Assembly (NCBI RefSeq): GCF_964355755.1
Contig: NC_092670.1
Span: 114,201-178,200 of the forward strand
DNA from: Antedon mediterranea
Lineage: Eukaryota; Animalia; Echinodermata
DNA length: 64,000 bases
Direction of reading: 5' to 3'
Shown: piece after piece, positions 25,426 to 39,479 of the stretch
Layout: the number at the start of each line of letters is the position of its first letter
How positions within the stretch are numbered: the first letter of the stretch is position 1
The notes under the pieces: generated by a model
Database searches by the model: none
Told to the model about the DNA's origin: nothing
What the model saw: the letters and a program-made list of their open reading frames with translations, nothing else
Made by a program: the position numbers and the translations under genes

Positions 25426-25743
25426 TTGAAATGATTGGAAGGTTCACAGATTTGCATAGTTATTTTCTATTAAAATTTTATACACAAATTATACACTATA
25501 GCAAAAGCATTGCATTTATTCCATCCGAAATGATAAAATACTCAATATGTATATATATAATATTCCATCATGCCTTCTTAATGTATATTTAACAATGGTA
25601 GAATCTCATTTAAAAATTGACCACCAAGTTCATTTTCAGCAATAAGAATGTCAGTCTACTAAGCACTTTATTGCTAGCATCATAATCATTTAATCCGTAA
25701 CCTCGTTAGATCCAAAAAAAGCACTATTTGTTTTGCTATAATT

Positions 25744-25815
25744 TCAGAAGGACCTCACTCCAGACAGTTTTCGGATCTCTTCATATGACAGCCAAAAGAC
25801 TAGTGACCAAGGTGC
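25744..25815 (-). CDS. SLC25A27: Mitochondrial uncoupling protein 4, exon 9 (last)
   Basis: APWSLVFWLSYEEIRKLSGVRSF*, like human [23 protein letters not shown]. Confidence 0.93.
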   Translation of the reverse strand, partial: APWSLVFWLSYEEIRKLSGVRSF

Positions 25816-25938
25816 CTATTAAAGAATACAAACAAAAATATTCATCTTTATACAAATAGGTATATAAAATCACTGTTGTGCTTCTCGCAAGGTTTATTCC
25901 TTAATAACAAAAGATTAAAGTAAGTGTAATACTTCAGC

Positions 25939-26390
25939 AGTTATTTGTACAATGTAGGTACAGTTACTGGTTCAGTTATTTGTACAATGTAGGTACAGTT
26001 ACTGGTTCAGTTATTTGTACAATGTAGGTACAGTTACTGGTTCAGTTATTTGTACAATGTAGGTACAGTTACTGGTTCAGTTATTTGTACAATGTAGGTA
26101 CAGTTACTGGTTCAGTTATTTGTACAATGTAGGTACAGTTACTGGTTCAGTTATTTGTACAATGTAGGTACAGTTACTGGTTCAGTTATTTGTACAATGT
26201 AGGTACAGTTACTGGTTCAGTTATTTGTACAATGTAGGTACAGTTACTGGTTCAGTTATTTGTACAATGTAGGTACAGTTACTGGTTCAGTTATTTGTAC
26301 AATGTAGGTACAGTTACTGGTTCAGTTATTTGTACAATGTAGGTACAGTTACTGGTTCAGTTATTTATACATTGTACAGTAGTTACTGGC
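25939..26390. repeat. 35-bp minisatellite (~12 near-identical copies) in UCP4 intron 8
   Basis: TTCAGTTATTTGTACAATGTAGGTACAGTTACTGG. Confidence 0.95.
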
Positions 26391-26546
26391 TCAAAACCTG
26401 AACAAAGGTACATGGTGTATGCTTAGGGATGTGTTACTAAAGTTGAATAATAAAACACAACTTTTGAGATAAATTTTGTATTGCCTATTGCCTTGAGTGC
26501 AAACTGAACAATCAAAAAGGAAAATCAAATGACTATGATTTCTCAC

Positions 26547-26742
26547 CATTCTCGCCCAGATAGGAAAAAATCCTTTATACAAAGCACCAAAACCTTCTTG
26601 ACCTACTGTTTTCCGTAAACAATCCAACGATGATTTGTAAATTAAGCCTCTACCATTGGCATCGGTAGGTTGGTTCATAATTCGTGTTTTAATCACATCT
26701 GCTGGTGTTCCTAAAATAGCAGCAACAAGACCTGAACATCCA
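26547..26742 (-). CDS. SLC25A27: UCP4 exon 8
   Basis: [25 protein letters not shown]...[16 protein letters not shown]; carrier signature PxDxxKxR. Confidence 0.95.
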
Positions 26743-26848
26743 CTGTAAATAAGTAAACCCATTACATATGAGGGAATCGTTTTCTGTTTACCAGTAGTAA
26801 TTTACCAGATGTTGATGTGATTTTATAATTGGACGTCTCCAACATTAC

Positions 26849-26933
26849 CTTGCAAGGGTGTGTGTAAGCCAGTTATCTGTCAGCACTGTATTTCTTAAGA
26901 TTATTTGTTTTGTTGTATCATACGTAGCTAAGT
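26849..26933 (-). CDS. SLC25A27: UCP4 exon 7
   Basis: DLATYDTTKQIILRNTVLTDNWLTHTLAS; AG/GT flanked. Confidence 0.93.
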
Positions 26934-27257
26934 CTATAAATAATAATAGAATACTCAAATACAGTTTTAGCCATGTTATTTTCTCGTGTCAATGTTTGTA
27001 AAAATGGTATTTTCTGTAGACTCTCGTCATTGTACAATTCTTGTATTTTAAAAAATAATTCTTTAGATATTTTTAACTGTAATTTTTCTCAATTTAAATG
27101 TATTATTAATGAAATTATTTAAATTTTCTTTTTCATTTGTATATATTTATATTGGCTCATATTTTATAGTTTAGCTTTTATTTTCAACCTGTTATTGGTG
27201 TTTTACACTGTTGGTTTGATATAAAGAATAAAAAAAAAAAAAAAAATTTATATTTAC

Positions 27258-27370
27258 CTCCCATATTTACTAATGCTGCTCTTTGGACATTTGGTACCCA
27301 GCCCTTCCATAAACCTCGCACTCCTCCCTGTTTTACAATTTGAGTAAATGCATGGAATGTTCCTTTAACT
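27258..27370 (-). CDS. SLC25A27: UCP4 exon 6
   Basis: [37 protein letters not shown]. Confidence 0.95.
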
Positions 27371-27490
27371 CTAATATTAAATAAATTAAGATTTATAATT
27401 TGATTTTTAATAATAAAAAAACAATATAAGTAAAATCATGTCAAAAAAATAATTTAATTACTACATTAAGACAACATGTAAAAACACAAC

Positions 27491-27613
27491 CTCTGTGGTT
27501 TACCCTCCAATCGTCTCCGACCTTCCATCTGCATTTGAACTTTTACTAGGTCAGTTGGACTAGCAATGAATTGGCCAATAGCACCGGCTGCGAGGCCTCC
27601 GCAAACAGCTTTC
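27491..27613 (-). CDS. SLC25A27: UCP4 exon 5
   Basis: [41 protein letters not shown]. Confidence 0.95.
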
Positions 27614-27745
27614 CTGTTTGATAAGATAAATATCGTTCTTATAACTTGTATAAAAAATGATACAAATACTCGCATCATACAGATTATCATTAAACTTAAT
27701 AGGCTTTTAGCTGATGATTGGCGTTAATTCAACAACTTCACATAC

Positions 27746-27830
27746 CAAACAGGAAAAGTTCCATCTTCATTTTTACCCAATACATTATCACGAATATATT
27801 CATATGCACCCATTCTACAACCAGTGTATA
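27746..27830 (-). CDS. SLC25A27: UCP4 exon 4
   Basis: tttttttag|...|gtatgt; VYTGCRMGAYEYIRDNVLGKNEDGTFPVW. Confidence 0.93.
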
Positions 27831-30800
27831 CTAAAAAAACAGAAACAAAACATTATATATTCATATGCACTCATTCTACAACCAGTGTATAGGAAAGAAA
27901 CAGAAACAAAACATTATATATTCATATGCACTCATTCTACAACCAGTGTATACTAAAGAAACAGAAACAAAACATTATATATTCATATGCACCCATTCTA
28001 CAACCAGTGTATACTAAAGAAACAGAAACAAAACATTATATATTCATATGCACTCATTCTACAACCAGTGTATACTAAAGAAACAGAAACAAAACATTAT
28101 ATATTCATATGCACTCATTCTACAACCAGTGTATACTAAAGAAACAGAAACAAAACATTATATATTCATATGCACTCATTCTACAACCAGTGTATACTAA
28201 AGAAACAGAAACAAAACATTATATATTCATATGCACTCATTCTACAACCAGTGTATACTAAAGAAACAGAAACAAAACATTATATATTCATATGCACTCA
28301 TTCTACAACCAGTGTATAGGAAAGAAACAGAAACAAAACATTATATATTCATATGCACTCATTCTACAACCAGTGTATACTAAAGAAACAGAAACAAAAC
28401 ATTATATATTCATATGCACTCATTCTACAACCAGTGTATACTAAAGAAACAGAAACAAAACATTATATATTCATATGCACTCATTCTACAACCAGTGTAT
28501 AGGAAAGAAACAGAAACAAAACATTATATATTCATATGCACTCATTCTACAACCAGTGTATAGGAAAGAAACAGAAACAAAACATTATATATTCATATGC
28601 ACTCATTCTACAACCAGTGTATACTAAAGAAACAGAAACAAAACATTATATATTCATATGCACTCATTCTACAACCAGTGTATAGGAAAGAAACAGAAAC
28701 AAAACATTAAATATTCATATGCACTCATTCTACAACCAGTGTATAGGAAAGAAACAGAAACAAAACATTATATATTCATATGCACTCATTCTACAACCAG
28801 TGTATACTAAAGAAACAGAAACAAAACATTATATATTCATATGCACTCATTCTACAACCAGTGTATACTAAAGAAACAGAAACAAAACATTATATATTCA
28901 TATGCACTCATTCTACAACCAGTGTATAGAAAAGAAACAGAAACAAAACATTATATATTCATATGCACTCATTCTACAACCAGTGTATACTAAAGAAACA
29001 GAAACAAAACATTATATATTCATATGCACTCATTCTACAACCAGTGTATAGGAAAGAAACAGAAACAAAACATTATATATTCATATGCACTCATTCTACA
29101 ACCAGTGTATAGGAAAGAAACAGAAACAAAACATTATATATTCATATGCACTCATTCTACAACCAGTGTATAGGAAAGAAACAGAAACAAAACATTATAT
29201 ATTCATATGCACCCATTCTACAACCAGTGTATACTAAAGAAACAGAAACAAAACATTATATATTCATATGCACTCATTCTACAACCAGTGTATAGGAAAG
29301 AAACAGAAACAAAACATTATATATTCATATGCACTCATTCTACAACCAGTGTATACTAAAGAAACAGAAACAAAACATTATATATTCATATGCACTCATT
29401 CTACAACCAGTGTATAGGAAAGAAACAGAAACAAAACATTATATATTCATATGCACTCATTCTACAACCAGTGTATACTAAAGAAACAGAAACAAAACAT
29501 TATATATTCATATGCACTCATTCTACAACCAGTGTATAGGAAAGAAACAGAAACAAAACATTATATATTCATATGCACTCATTCTACAACCAGTGTATAG
29601 GAAAGAAACAGAAACAAAACATTATATATTCATATGCACCCATTCTACAACCAGTGTATACTAAAGAAACAGAAACAAAACATTATATATTCATATGCAC
29701 TCATTCTACAACCAGTGTATAGGAAAGAAACAGAAACAAAACATTATATATTCATATGCACTCATTCTACAACCAGTGTATACTAAAGAAACAGAAACAA
29801 TACATTATATATTCATATGCACTCATTCTACAACCAGTGTATAGGAAAGAAACAGAAACAAAACATTATATATTCATATGCACTCATTCTACAACCAGTG
29901 TATACTAAAGAAACAGAAACAAAACATTATATATTCATATGCACTCATTCTACAACCAGTGTATAGGAAAGAAACAGAAACAAAACATTATATATTCATA
30001 TGCACTCATTCTACAACCAGTGTATACTAAAGAAACAGAAACAAAACATTATATATTCATATGCACTCATTCTACAACCAGTGTATACTAAAGAAACAGA
30101 AACAAAACATTATATATTCATATGCACTCATTCTACAACCAGTGTATACTAAAGAAACAGAAACAAAACATTATATATTCATATGCACTCATTCTACAAC
30201 CAGTGTATACTAAAGAAACAGAAACAAAACATTATATATTCATATGCACTCATTCTACAACCAGTGTATAGGAAAGAAACAGAAACAAAACATTATATAT
30301 TCATATGCACTCATTCTACAACCAGTGTATAGGAAAGAAACAGAAACAAAACATTATATATTCATATGCACTCATTCTACAACCAGTGTATAGGAAAGAA
30401 ACAGAAACAAAACATTATATATTCATATGCACTCATTCTACAACCAGTGTATACTAAAGAAACAGAAACAAAACATTATATATTCATATGCACCCATTCT
30501 ACAACCAGTGTATAGGAAAGAAACAGAAACAAAACATTATATATTCATATGCACTCATTCTACAACCAGTGTATACTAAAGAAACAGAAACAAAACATTA
30601 TATATTCATATGCACTCATTCTACAACCAGTGTATACTAAAGAAACAGAAACAAAACATTATATATTCATATGCACCCATTCTACAACCAGTGTATAGGA
30701 AAGAAACAGAAACAAAACATTATATATTCATATGCACTCATTCTACAACCAGTGTATAGGAAAGAAACAGAAACAAAACATTATATATTCATATGCACTC

Positions 30801-33800
30801 ATTCTACAACCAGTGTATACTAAAGAAACAGAAACAAAACATTATATATTCATATGCACTCATTCTACAACCAGTGTATAGGAAAGAAACAGAAACAAAA
30901 CATTATATATTCATATGCACTCATTCTACAACCAGTGTATAGGAAAGAAACAGAAACAAAACATTATATATTCATATGCACTCATTCTACAACCAGTGTA
31001 TACTAAAGAAACAGAAACAAAACATTATATATTCATATGCACCCATTCTACAACCAGTGTATAGGAAAGAAACAGAAACAAAACATTATATATTCATATG
31101 CACTCATTCTACAACCAGTGTATAGGAAAGAAACAGAAACAAAACATTATATATTCATATGCACTCATTCTACAACCAGTGTATACTAAAGAAACAGAAA
31201 CAAAACATTATATATTCATATGCACTCATTCTACAACCAGTGTATACTAAAGAAACAGAAACAAAACATTATATATTCATATGCACCCATTCTACAACCA
31301 GTGTATAGGAAAGAAACAGAAACAAAACATTATATATTCATATGCACTCATTCTACAACCAGTGTATACTAAAGAAACAGAAACAAAACATTATATATTC
31401 ATATGCACCCATTCTACAACCAGTGTATAGGAAAGAAACAGAAACAAAACATTATATATTCATATGCACTCATTCTACAACCAGTGTATAGGAAAGAAAC
31501 AGAAACAAAACATCATATATTCATATGCACTCATTCTACAACCAGTGTATACTAAAGAAACAGAAACAAAACATTATATATTCATATGCACTCATTCTAC
31601 AACCAGTGTATACTAAAGAAACAGAAACAAAACATTATATATTCATATGCACTCATTCTACAACCAGTGTATAGGAAAGAAACAGAAACAAAACATTATA
31701 TATTCATATGCACTCATTCTACAACCAGTGTATAGGAAAGAAACAGAAACAAAACATTATATATTCATATGCACTCATTCTACAACCAGTGTATAGGAAA
31801 GAAACAGAAACAAAACATTATATATTCATATGCACTCATTCTACAACCAGTGTATACTAAAGAAACAGAAACAAAACATTATATATTCATATGCACTCAT
31901 TCTACAACCAGTGTATAGGAAAGAAACAGAAACAAAACATTATATATTCATATGCACTCATTCTACAACCAGTGTATAGGAAAGAAACAGAAACAAAACA
32001 TTATATATTCATATGCACTCATTCTACAACCAGTGTATAGGAAAGAAACAGAAACAAAACATTATATATTCATATGCACTCATTCTACAACCAGTGTATA
32101 CTAAAGAAACAGAAACAAAACATTATATATTCATATGCACTCATTCTACAACCAGTGTATACTAAAGAAACAGAAACAAAACATTATATATTCATATGCA
32201 CTCATTCTACAACCAGTGTATAGGAAAGAAACAGAAACAAAACATTATATATTCATATGCACTCATTCTACAACCAGTGTATAGGAAAGAAACAGAAACA
32301 AAACATTATATATTCATATGCACTCATTCTACAACCAGTGTATAGGAAAGAAACAGAAACAAAACATTATATATTCATATGCACTCATTCTACAACCAGT
32401 GTATACTAAAGAAACAGAAACAAAACATTATATATTCATATGCACTCATTCTACAACCAGTGTATAGGAAAGAAACAGAAACAAAACATTATATATTCAT
32501 ATGCACTCATTCTACAACCAGTGTATAGGAAAGAAACAGAAACAAAACATTATATATTCATATGCACCCATTCTACAACCAGTGTATACTAAAGAAACAG
32601 AAACAAAACATTATATATTCATATGCACTCATTCTACAACCAGTGTATAGGAAAGAAACAGAAACAAAACATTATTATACAGATATTGACTGCTTAGAGG
32701 TTAAATATAAGATTTGACATCCCCGAGGGAATGATATTAAGTTCGAGGGAATATATATTTCCCGAAGCGCCAGCTGAGGGAAATATATAATCCCCGAGAA
32801 CTTAATATCATTCCCGAGGGGATGTCAAATCTTATATTTAACCGATATAAAAGGCAATATCTGTTATATTATATAGCCAAGAACAAGTCTGCTGGGTTGG
32901 GTGAAGCTAGGCTAGGCCTCCTATTATTTGTATTGTATTTAAAACAAGCCTGCCTAGACACCTTACCTTGCGAAGAATAATATACAGATAATTACTAATT
33001 AATGATTCCTTGGCAATAAAATATTCACTTAGGCCTAGGTCGTTTAAATTAACAGAAGAATTTCCATCAATAAGCCTATTAATAATAATATTATAATCAG
33101 GTAGGCCGAATAAACAATTCGTCTTCTCTCGATCTTCGAGGAGCCGAATCACCGGATGTTCAGCGCGTACTAGTTACTAGGTTACTACCGTGAGTATTGA
33201 CCAATCACAAACGGTGTTTCATCACATTTAGGGTGGACTTATAACAAATGAGGGCGCTATGTATGCATAGCTTAAATAGTTTAGAAGATTAATTTCTTCA
33301 AGCAAATTCCGTGGCCCAGCGGATGAAACGTTGTCTTGCGATGGAGTGACAATTCCACCCGAGTTCAAGATCGAGTAGATGACTTTTGTTTATTTATCGG
33401 CAACGCGAGTGTTGGCACACGAAAATTACACAGTCAATATCATCGTACTCGAGAATCTATATGTTTAATGACAGGGGACACGATAATTACGCGAAAATTA
33501 CACAGTCAATATCATCGTTCTCGAGGATATATACGATTTACGATCCTCGCAGCGGTAGTCATGTGATGCAGTTTCAACCAATCACGTTAGCGTATTTACA
33601 TAGGCTATGTAATATATATTCATATGCACTCATTCTACAACCAGTGTATAGGAAAGAAACAGAAACAAAACATTATATATTCATATGCACTCATTCTACA
33701 ACCAGTGTATAGGAAAGAAACAGAAACAAAACATTATATATTCATATGCACTCATTCTACAACCAGTGTATAGGAAAGAAACAGAAACAAAACATTATAT

Positions 33801-34595
33801 ATTCATATGCACTCATTCTACAACCAGTGTATAGGAAAGAAACAGAAACAAAACATTATATATTCATATGCACTCATTCTACAACCAGTGTATAGGAAAG
33901 AAACAGAAACAAAACATTATATATTCATATGCACTCATTCTACAACCAGTGTATAGGAAAGAAACAGAAACAAAACATTATATATTCATATGCACTCATT
34001 CTACAACCAGTGTATACTAAAGAAACAGAAACAAAACATTATATATTTATATGCACTCATTCTACAACCAGTGTATACTAAAGAAACAGAAACAAAACAT
34101 TATATATTCATATGCACTCATTCTACAACCAGTGTATACTAAAGAAACAGAAACAAAACATTATATATTCATATGCACTCATTCTACAACCAGTGTATAC
34201 TAAAGAAACAGAAACAAAACATTATATATTCATATGCACTCATTCTACAACCAGTGTATACTAAAGAAACAGAAACAAAACATTATATATTCATATGCAC
34301 TCATTCTACAACCAGTGTATAGGAAAGAAACAGAAACAAAACATTATATATTCATATGCACTCATTCTACAACCAGTGTATACTAAAGAAACAGAAACAA
34401 AACATTATATATTCATATGCACTCATTCTACAACCAGTGTATACTAAAGAAACAGAAACAAAACATTATGATCATTTATATGCACTCATTCTACAACCAG
34501 TGTATAGGAAAGAAACAGAAACAAAACATTATATATTCATATGCACCCATTCTACAACCAGTGTATAGGAAAGAAACAGAAACAAAACATTATGA
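27795..34595 (-). repeat. 61-bp tandem array (~95 copies, interrupted at ~32676-33613) made of the UCP4 exon-4 acceptor + the exon start
   Basis: Sense unit ATAATGTTTTGTTTCTGTTTCTTT(AG/CC)|TATACACTGGTTGTAGAATG(A/G)GTGCATATGAATAT. Confidence 0.95.
32676..33613. mobile_element. ~0.94-kb insertion in the 61-bp array, with a long internal hairpin (family uncertain, possibly Crypton-like non-autonomous)
   Basis: Splits one unit within TATA; ends TTATACAG.../...CTATGTAA; imperfect palindrome at 32679-32864. Confidence 0.75.
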
Positions 34596-34963
34596 TCATT
34601 TATATGTTGGATGTTTTTATTTACAAGCATGTTCAATTTCCAGAAATACTAATTGAATTTTTGTCCTACATTGCTAAAAAACATTTTATTTATGTACACT
34701 AACTGGTATTTTACTAACTTGTTCACACTGCCTTTGCAGAAGCTGTTTGTAGGCCCCATTATGTAATTATCGTAATATTAAGGCCCCGAAATCTGTCCGA
34801 CCTGGGGGCCTCCACAGCCCCCTAGCCCCTGCCAATAGGTGCATGCAAAATCATCCATACAGACCTACAGTACCAACTTTCTTCAATGTCGGCAGGTATA
34901 TAAATAATAATAGTAATAAGACTAAATGTACAATTTACAAAATCTAAATAAATCTGTACTGAC

Positions 34964-35026
34964 CAATATGTCTGTATACTGCTGGTGTAACTCCCTGCCA
35001 TAATTTTAAGATGCCTTCTTCTTCAA
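34964..35026 (-). CDS. SLC25A27: UCP4 exon 3
   Basis: [21 protein letters not shown]. Confidence 0.93.
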
Positions 35027-35126
35027 CTGGAATATTAAAACAAATATATATGTGAATTTAAAAACAATTTAATGAAAAAAATGATATCCTGTTGTTTAGT
35101 ACAGTAGTAGCCTACAAACAACTTAC

Positions 35127-35243
35127 CAACTCCTGCAGCTGTTCGCATCATTCCACGATAAGGGGCAGAATTCTGACTATTTTTTACCCCGATTTCACCT
35201 TGAATTTGAAGACGGGTCTTAGTCAAATCCAGTGGAAATGTTC
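35127..35243 (-). CDS. SLC25A27: UCP4 exon 2
   Basis: [17 protein letters not shown]...[12 protein letters not shown]. Confidence 0.95.
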
Positions 35244-35877
35244 CTATAAATAAATGTTAAATATGCTAGATTTATACAAATAAAATGGCTTTATCTTTAA
35301 CATGTGCAGCACTTTCAGAAACTACAAAATTGCTGCGTGGATGATTTTCTGCCTAGTATAATAATAGATGCTCTAGAACACACCTACGCGAACTATGTTG
35401 TGTTTCTGTTAATTCTAATTCACCCTTGGAAAGGGTGCTTTTAATTAATAAAATAACGGATAATAATAATTAATAATCTATTTTAAAGCATAAGCAATCC
35501 AAACACTAGGCCTAGGCCTATATATGAGAATTTCGGACTTCGGCCCTCGATAAATAAAAACCGCAATATGTTAGGCCTGGCCTAGACAAAATGAATGGAG
35601 AAAAAAAGAGGTGCAAAAAGAAAAAAAAATGCCCTCTAGGCACTGTAAATAAATATATAAACGACGAAAATGTGTGTGTGTGCGCGCGGCAAATACAAAA
35701 TAGTTGGGCCCGACCGTCTGTTCCCCTCCGTGCTAGCTACTACCTAGGCACCGATAGGTCTGGACTAGGAGGCCCTACCTACACTACTACTACTAGCCTA
35801 GGTAGGGCCTCTAGGCCTAGTTAGGTCTAGGCTAGACCCTCCTAACTAATATTTAATAAGGTAGCCTACCGCCGTAC

Positions 35878-35971
35878 CTGTTTCAGCCACAGTTGCAGCA
35901 CATGCTGATAAAACATATTTGAATATAGTACTGTCAGGATTCATCCAGGTCTGATTTAAAATACCTGGCAT
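35878..35971 (-). CDS. SLC25A27: UCP4 first coding exon (full model 948 nt, 315 aa)
   Basis: MPGILNQTWMNPDSTIFKYVLSACAATVAET, donor G|GTACGG. Confidence 0.88.
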
Positions 35972-37565
35972 GACCTTTATTTATAAAAATTACAACCCCA
36001 TGCAGTTAATTAAAAACTCCCTGAAGTGTATGTTGCATGCACAGTATTCGCCCCATAATTATGACATGTCAATCATCAATCATCAGAGCTCGACGAACAT
36101 AAAAACACAGCGCGATAGAGAGCCGCCGAATCTTTATCTCCTCGTGAATTTTATGTTTAGCGCCCTCAATTTAATTTAATATAAAAAAAAGGAATTACGA
36201 ATGAGAGGGTACGTTTATTGTAAATACATAATAGAAAAATAACGATTAAAAAAGAACGACGTTTCGACTTCATGATGGGGTCATTATCAAGTCTAATGAA
36301 TAAAATTTAAAAAAACAACTAATTAAATAGCACAAGCCAGGGGTCAAAGTTTAAATAACAAAAGACCTATTGTCTAACATCCTGTCAAATGAAAAGCTTA
36401 GCTTTTCGGAGTCACTTTGTTTATTCAGACTAGGTTAATTGTCTGATATACAACATATCATAATATAAATAAGACAAATTTGTTTTTGCATTTTCTAAGT
36501 ATACAAAACATGAATAAATTTTACTTGGATTAACAATCACGTTAAGGAATTACCGTAATTCTCTTCGTTACGTGACGTGTTTAGAAGAGAATTTACATCG
36601 CCTCAATGTAGTTGGTATGCCCGCGTTGTTATGCAAATGAGTTTTGCATGTGCAGTGGGGAAGATGGTATTGTTTTAGTCATTCGCGCGGTCAACACGCC
36701 ATATTATTACATTTATTTATCTATTATTTATTTATTTCACTTCCCAACCAACAAGTATTTTATATTTATTTAACCCCAGCTAGTAGAGCACTAACAAACA
36801 CTACCCGTTATGCCACATAATGTACACGGTAAATAAAGGGTGACAATAGTATAATATTCTTATACGCGCTTTACGTTACGTCATTACGTACTTTAGTTTG
36901 CAAAAGTAATCTCGAAAAGAACCCCATGTGGAAAAGAAGCCTATCAGTTGAAATGAAAGAGCACAATAGGCTTCTTATTTTTGAGGTTTTATGGTAGTCT
37001 ATTTAATGGAAAAATTAATGCCATACGACTTTAATTGTTTCTGATTTTTTTTTTAAGGACCACTTGTTTTTAGGCCCAGGCTGACATTTTCAACCCTCTA
37101 AATATCTCTCTTTCAAAATAAAACAAACAAAAAATTCATTTCCATTAAAAAAAAAATATCTGTAGAGGTTCGAACTCAATCTAGAGCTGAGAGCTACGAA
37201 ACAAGGGACCAAACAATATGACCGGTTAGCTCAGTAGACTGAGAGTCGTGTTAATAACACCATATGGTCGGAGAGTCAGTGACGTGGTGGAATAAGTTAT
37301 GCGAGCTTGGTGCACACCTGGCACCATAACCTTTTGTTCTTCCGATCAGCTTTACTTGATCTCGTAAATTTTATGTTTAGCGCATCAACTTTATAATGTC
37401 AGAAAATTAGGAAACAAATGATAGAACATATTATGTGATGTTATACAACTTTATTATAATTATAGTCATACGTTTTTCTAATATTTTGTCGACAATGGCC
37501 TTTCATACCAATAACTCGAGGTATATTCAGAGCGTCATTTCGCAATGATCATTGCGAGTCTAGTC

Positions 37566-38776
37566 GGGTTGGTGAACATCAGTCCAAAATACGCAGATTT
37601 TTTTCCAAAATACGTCAAGTTGAGGGCGCTATACTAATCCAAAATACGCGAGTCTTTCCAAAATACGTCGACTTGAGGGCGCTATTCATTTTCCAAAATA
37701 CGTGAATTGTCCAAAATACGTCAAGTTGAGGGCGCTATAAATTATCCCAAATACATGAATTGTCCAAAATACGTCAAATTGAGGGCGCTATTTATTTCCA
37801 AAATACGCGATTTGTCCAAAATACGTCAATTTGCAATTTGGGACCGCTAGTAATTTTCCAAAATACGTCAACTTGAGGGCGGCAAACTTTTTTTCCAAAA
37901 TACGAGAGCCTTTCCAAATGTATCATATTGAGAGTGTAAGGTAAAATTACAGTTTAATGTATTCAAAAAAAGTTTCTTGGAATAAAACAAACAAGTACAT
38001 TTTAGTTATAAATGAAAGTATTAGAAGGCAGAATTTTTTGTAAATAAAATGTCATAGAGTAGCCAATTATTATTTTTCAATGTAATCATTTATTACTGAA
38101 AAACAACAAATATATGTGCCAACATCAATCAATAGACAGTGCCTATAATATACGTTAATAATGTCTGAACGATGTACGATTGCATTGCCAGACGTAGCTA
38201 GTTTAAATGCGGCATAAACCGGCTACAAAACCAGCATGTACGTATATAGTATTTAAGTATAGTGATAGGTATGTGTTATATATTGGTGATCTACAAAATC
38301 GATATTTTTCCCGAGCTCGACAGACCAACATCGCTTTCAATTTAATGTACAGTACTTATGGTCTAATAAGTTACCTAATCTGAAATCTAACATAATAATT
38401 ATTTCATATAATATATAATAATAAAAAGCATATGGTATTGTGATTAAAATAATAGCAATAATTAATTGGTTAGAAGAAGTAAAGGAGTTATTTAAATTGC
38501 GTATTTTGGAAAATGAATAGCGCTCTCAAGTTGACGTATTTTGGAAAATTACAAGCGGTTCCAAATTGACGTATTTTGGACAAATTGCGTATTTTGGAAA
38601 ATGACTAGCGCCTTCAACTTGACGTATTTTGGACAATTCGCGTATTTTGGAAAATGAATAGCGCCCCAAGTCGACGTATTTTGGAAAGACTCGCGTATTT
38701 TGGATTAGTATAGCGCCCTCAACTTGGAGTATTTTGGAAAAAATTCTGCGTATTTTGGACTGAATTTCACCAACCC
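37566..38776. mobile_element. Foldback-type element with internally repetitive ~300-bp inverted arms
   Basis: GGGTTGGTGAA...(CCAAAATACG)n arm at 37566-37915 is inverted at 38500-38776 (...TTCACCAACCC). Confidence 0.82.
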
Positions 38777-38869
38777 TATTGCAATGATCGAGCATTCTCT
38801 ACTTCTATGGAGCGCCATTTATGCTTTTATTTACTTCCGAAATAGAAATAGTACTACGGTAACTGGTTC

Positions 38870-39257
38870 AGTGGACCAAATTTAGCACCAGTGGAGCACA
38901 GTGATATAAAATAGAAATGAGTCACTAATTTTAATATCTTTTCGTATGTTAATACACTGTGCTCAAGTGGACCCAATTTGGAGCCAGTGGAGCACAGTGA
39001 TATAAATAGAAACAAGTCATTGAATGTTAATATCTTTTCGTATGCTAATACACTGTGCTCAAGTGGACACAATTTTGAGCCAGTGGAGCACAGTGATATA
39101 AAATAGAAACAAGTCACTAATTTTAATATCGTTTCGTATGTTATTACATTGTGCTCATGTGAACCCAATTTGGTACCAGGGAAGCACATTGATATAAAAT
39201 AGAAATAAACCACGGAATTTTAATATCTTTTCGTATTTTAATACACTGTGCTCAAGA
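38870..39257. repeat. ~85-120-bp degenerate tandem repeat; inverted copies at 42630-42870 and 44752-44840
   Basis: CCAGTGGAGCACAGTGATATAAAATAGAAA...TTTTCGTATG...ACTGTGCTCAAGTGGAC. Confidence 0.75.
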
Positions 39258-39479
39258 TGTATTATTTCTTAGAATGATTTCCAAGGAATTGTAATAAAAG
39301 TTATTACGAGATAATCACCTGTAATCACCTGTCACCTGTAATCACCTGTCTTGTCGGGCTCGTAAGTAGACCATACATTTCTGTATGGTACATGTCATGC
39401 CCTCCCAATTTCATCAAGTCATCACTGCATGGTTTTTTTTTTTGGTTTTTTTTCATTCGTTTCCTTGATTTAAATTCTT

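Noticed and set aside
25939-26390. 35-bp UCP4 intron-8 repeat as another junction-derived array
   Set aside because: No similarity to the flanking exons or splice sites. The 76-, 38-, 79- and 44-bp arrays likewise do not overlap exons, so not every array here is junction-seeded.
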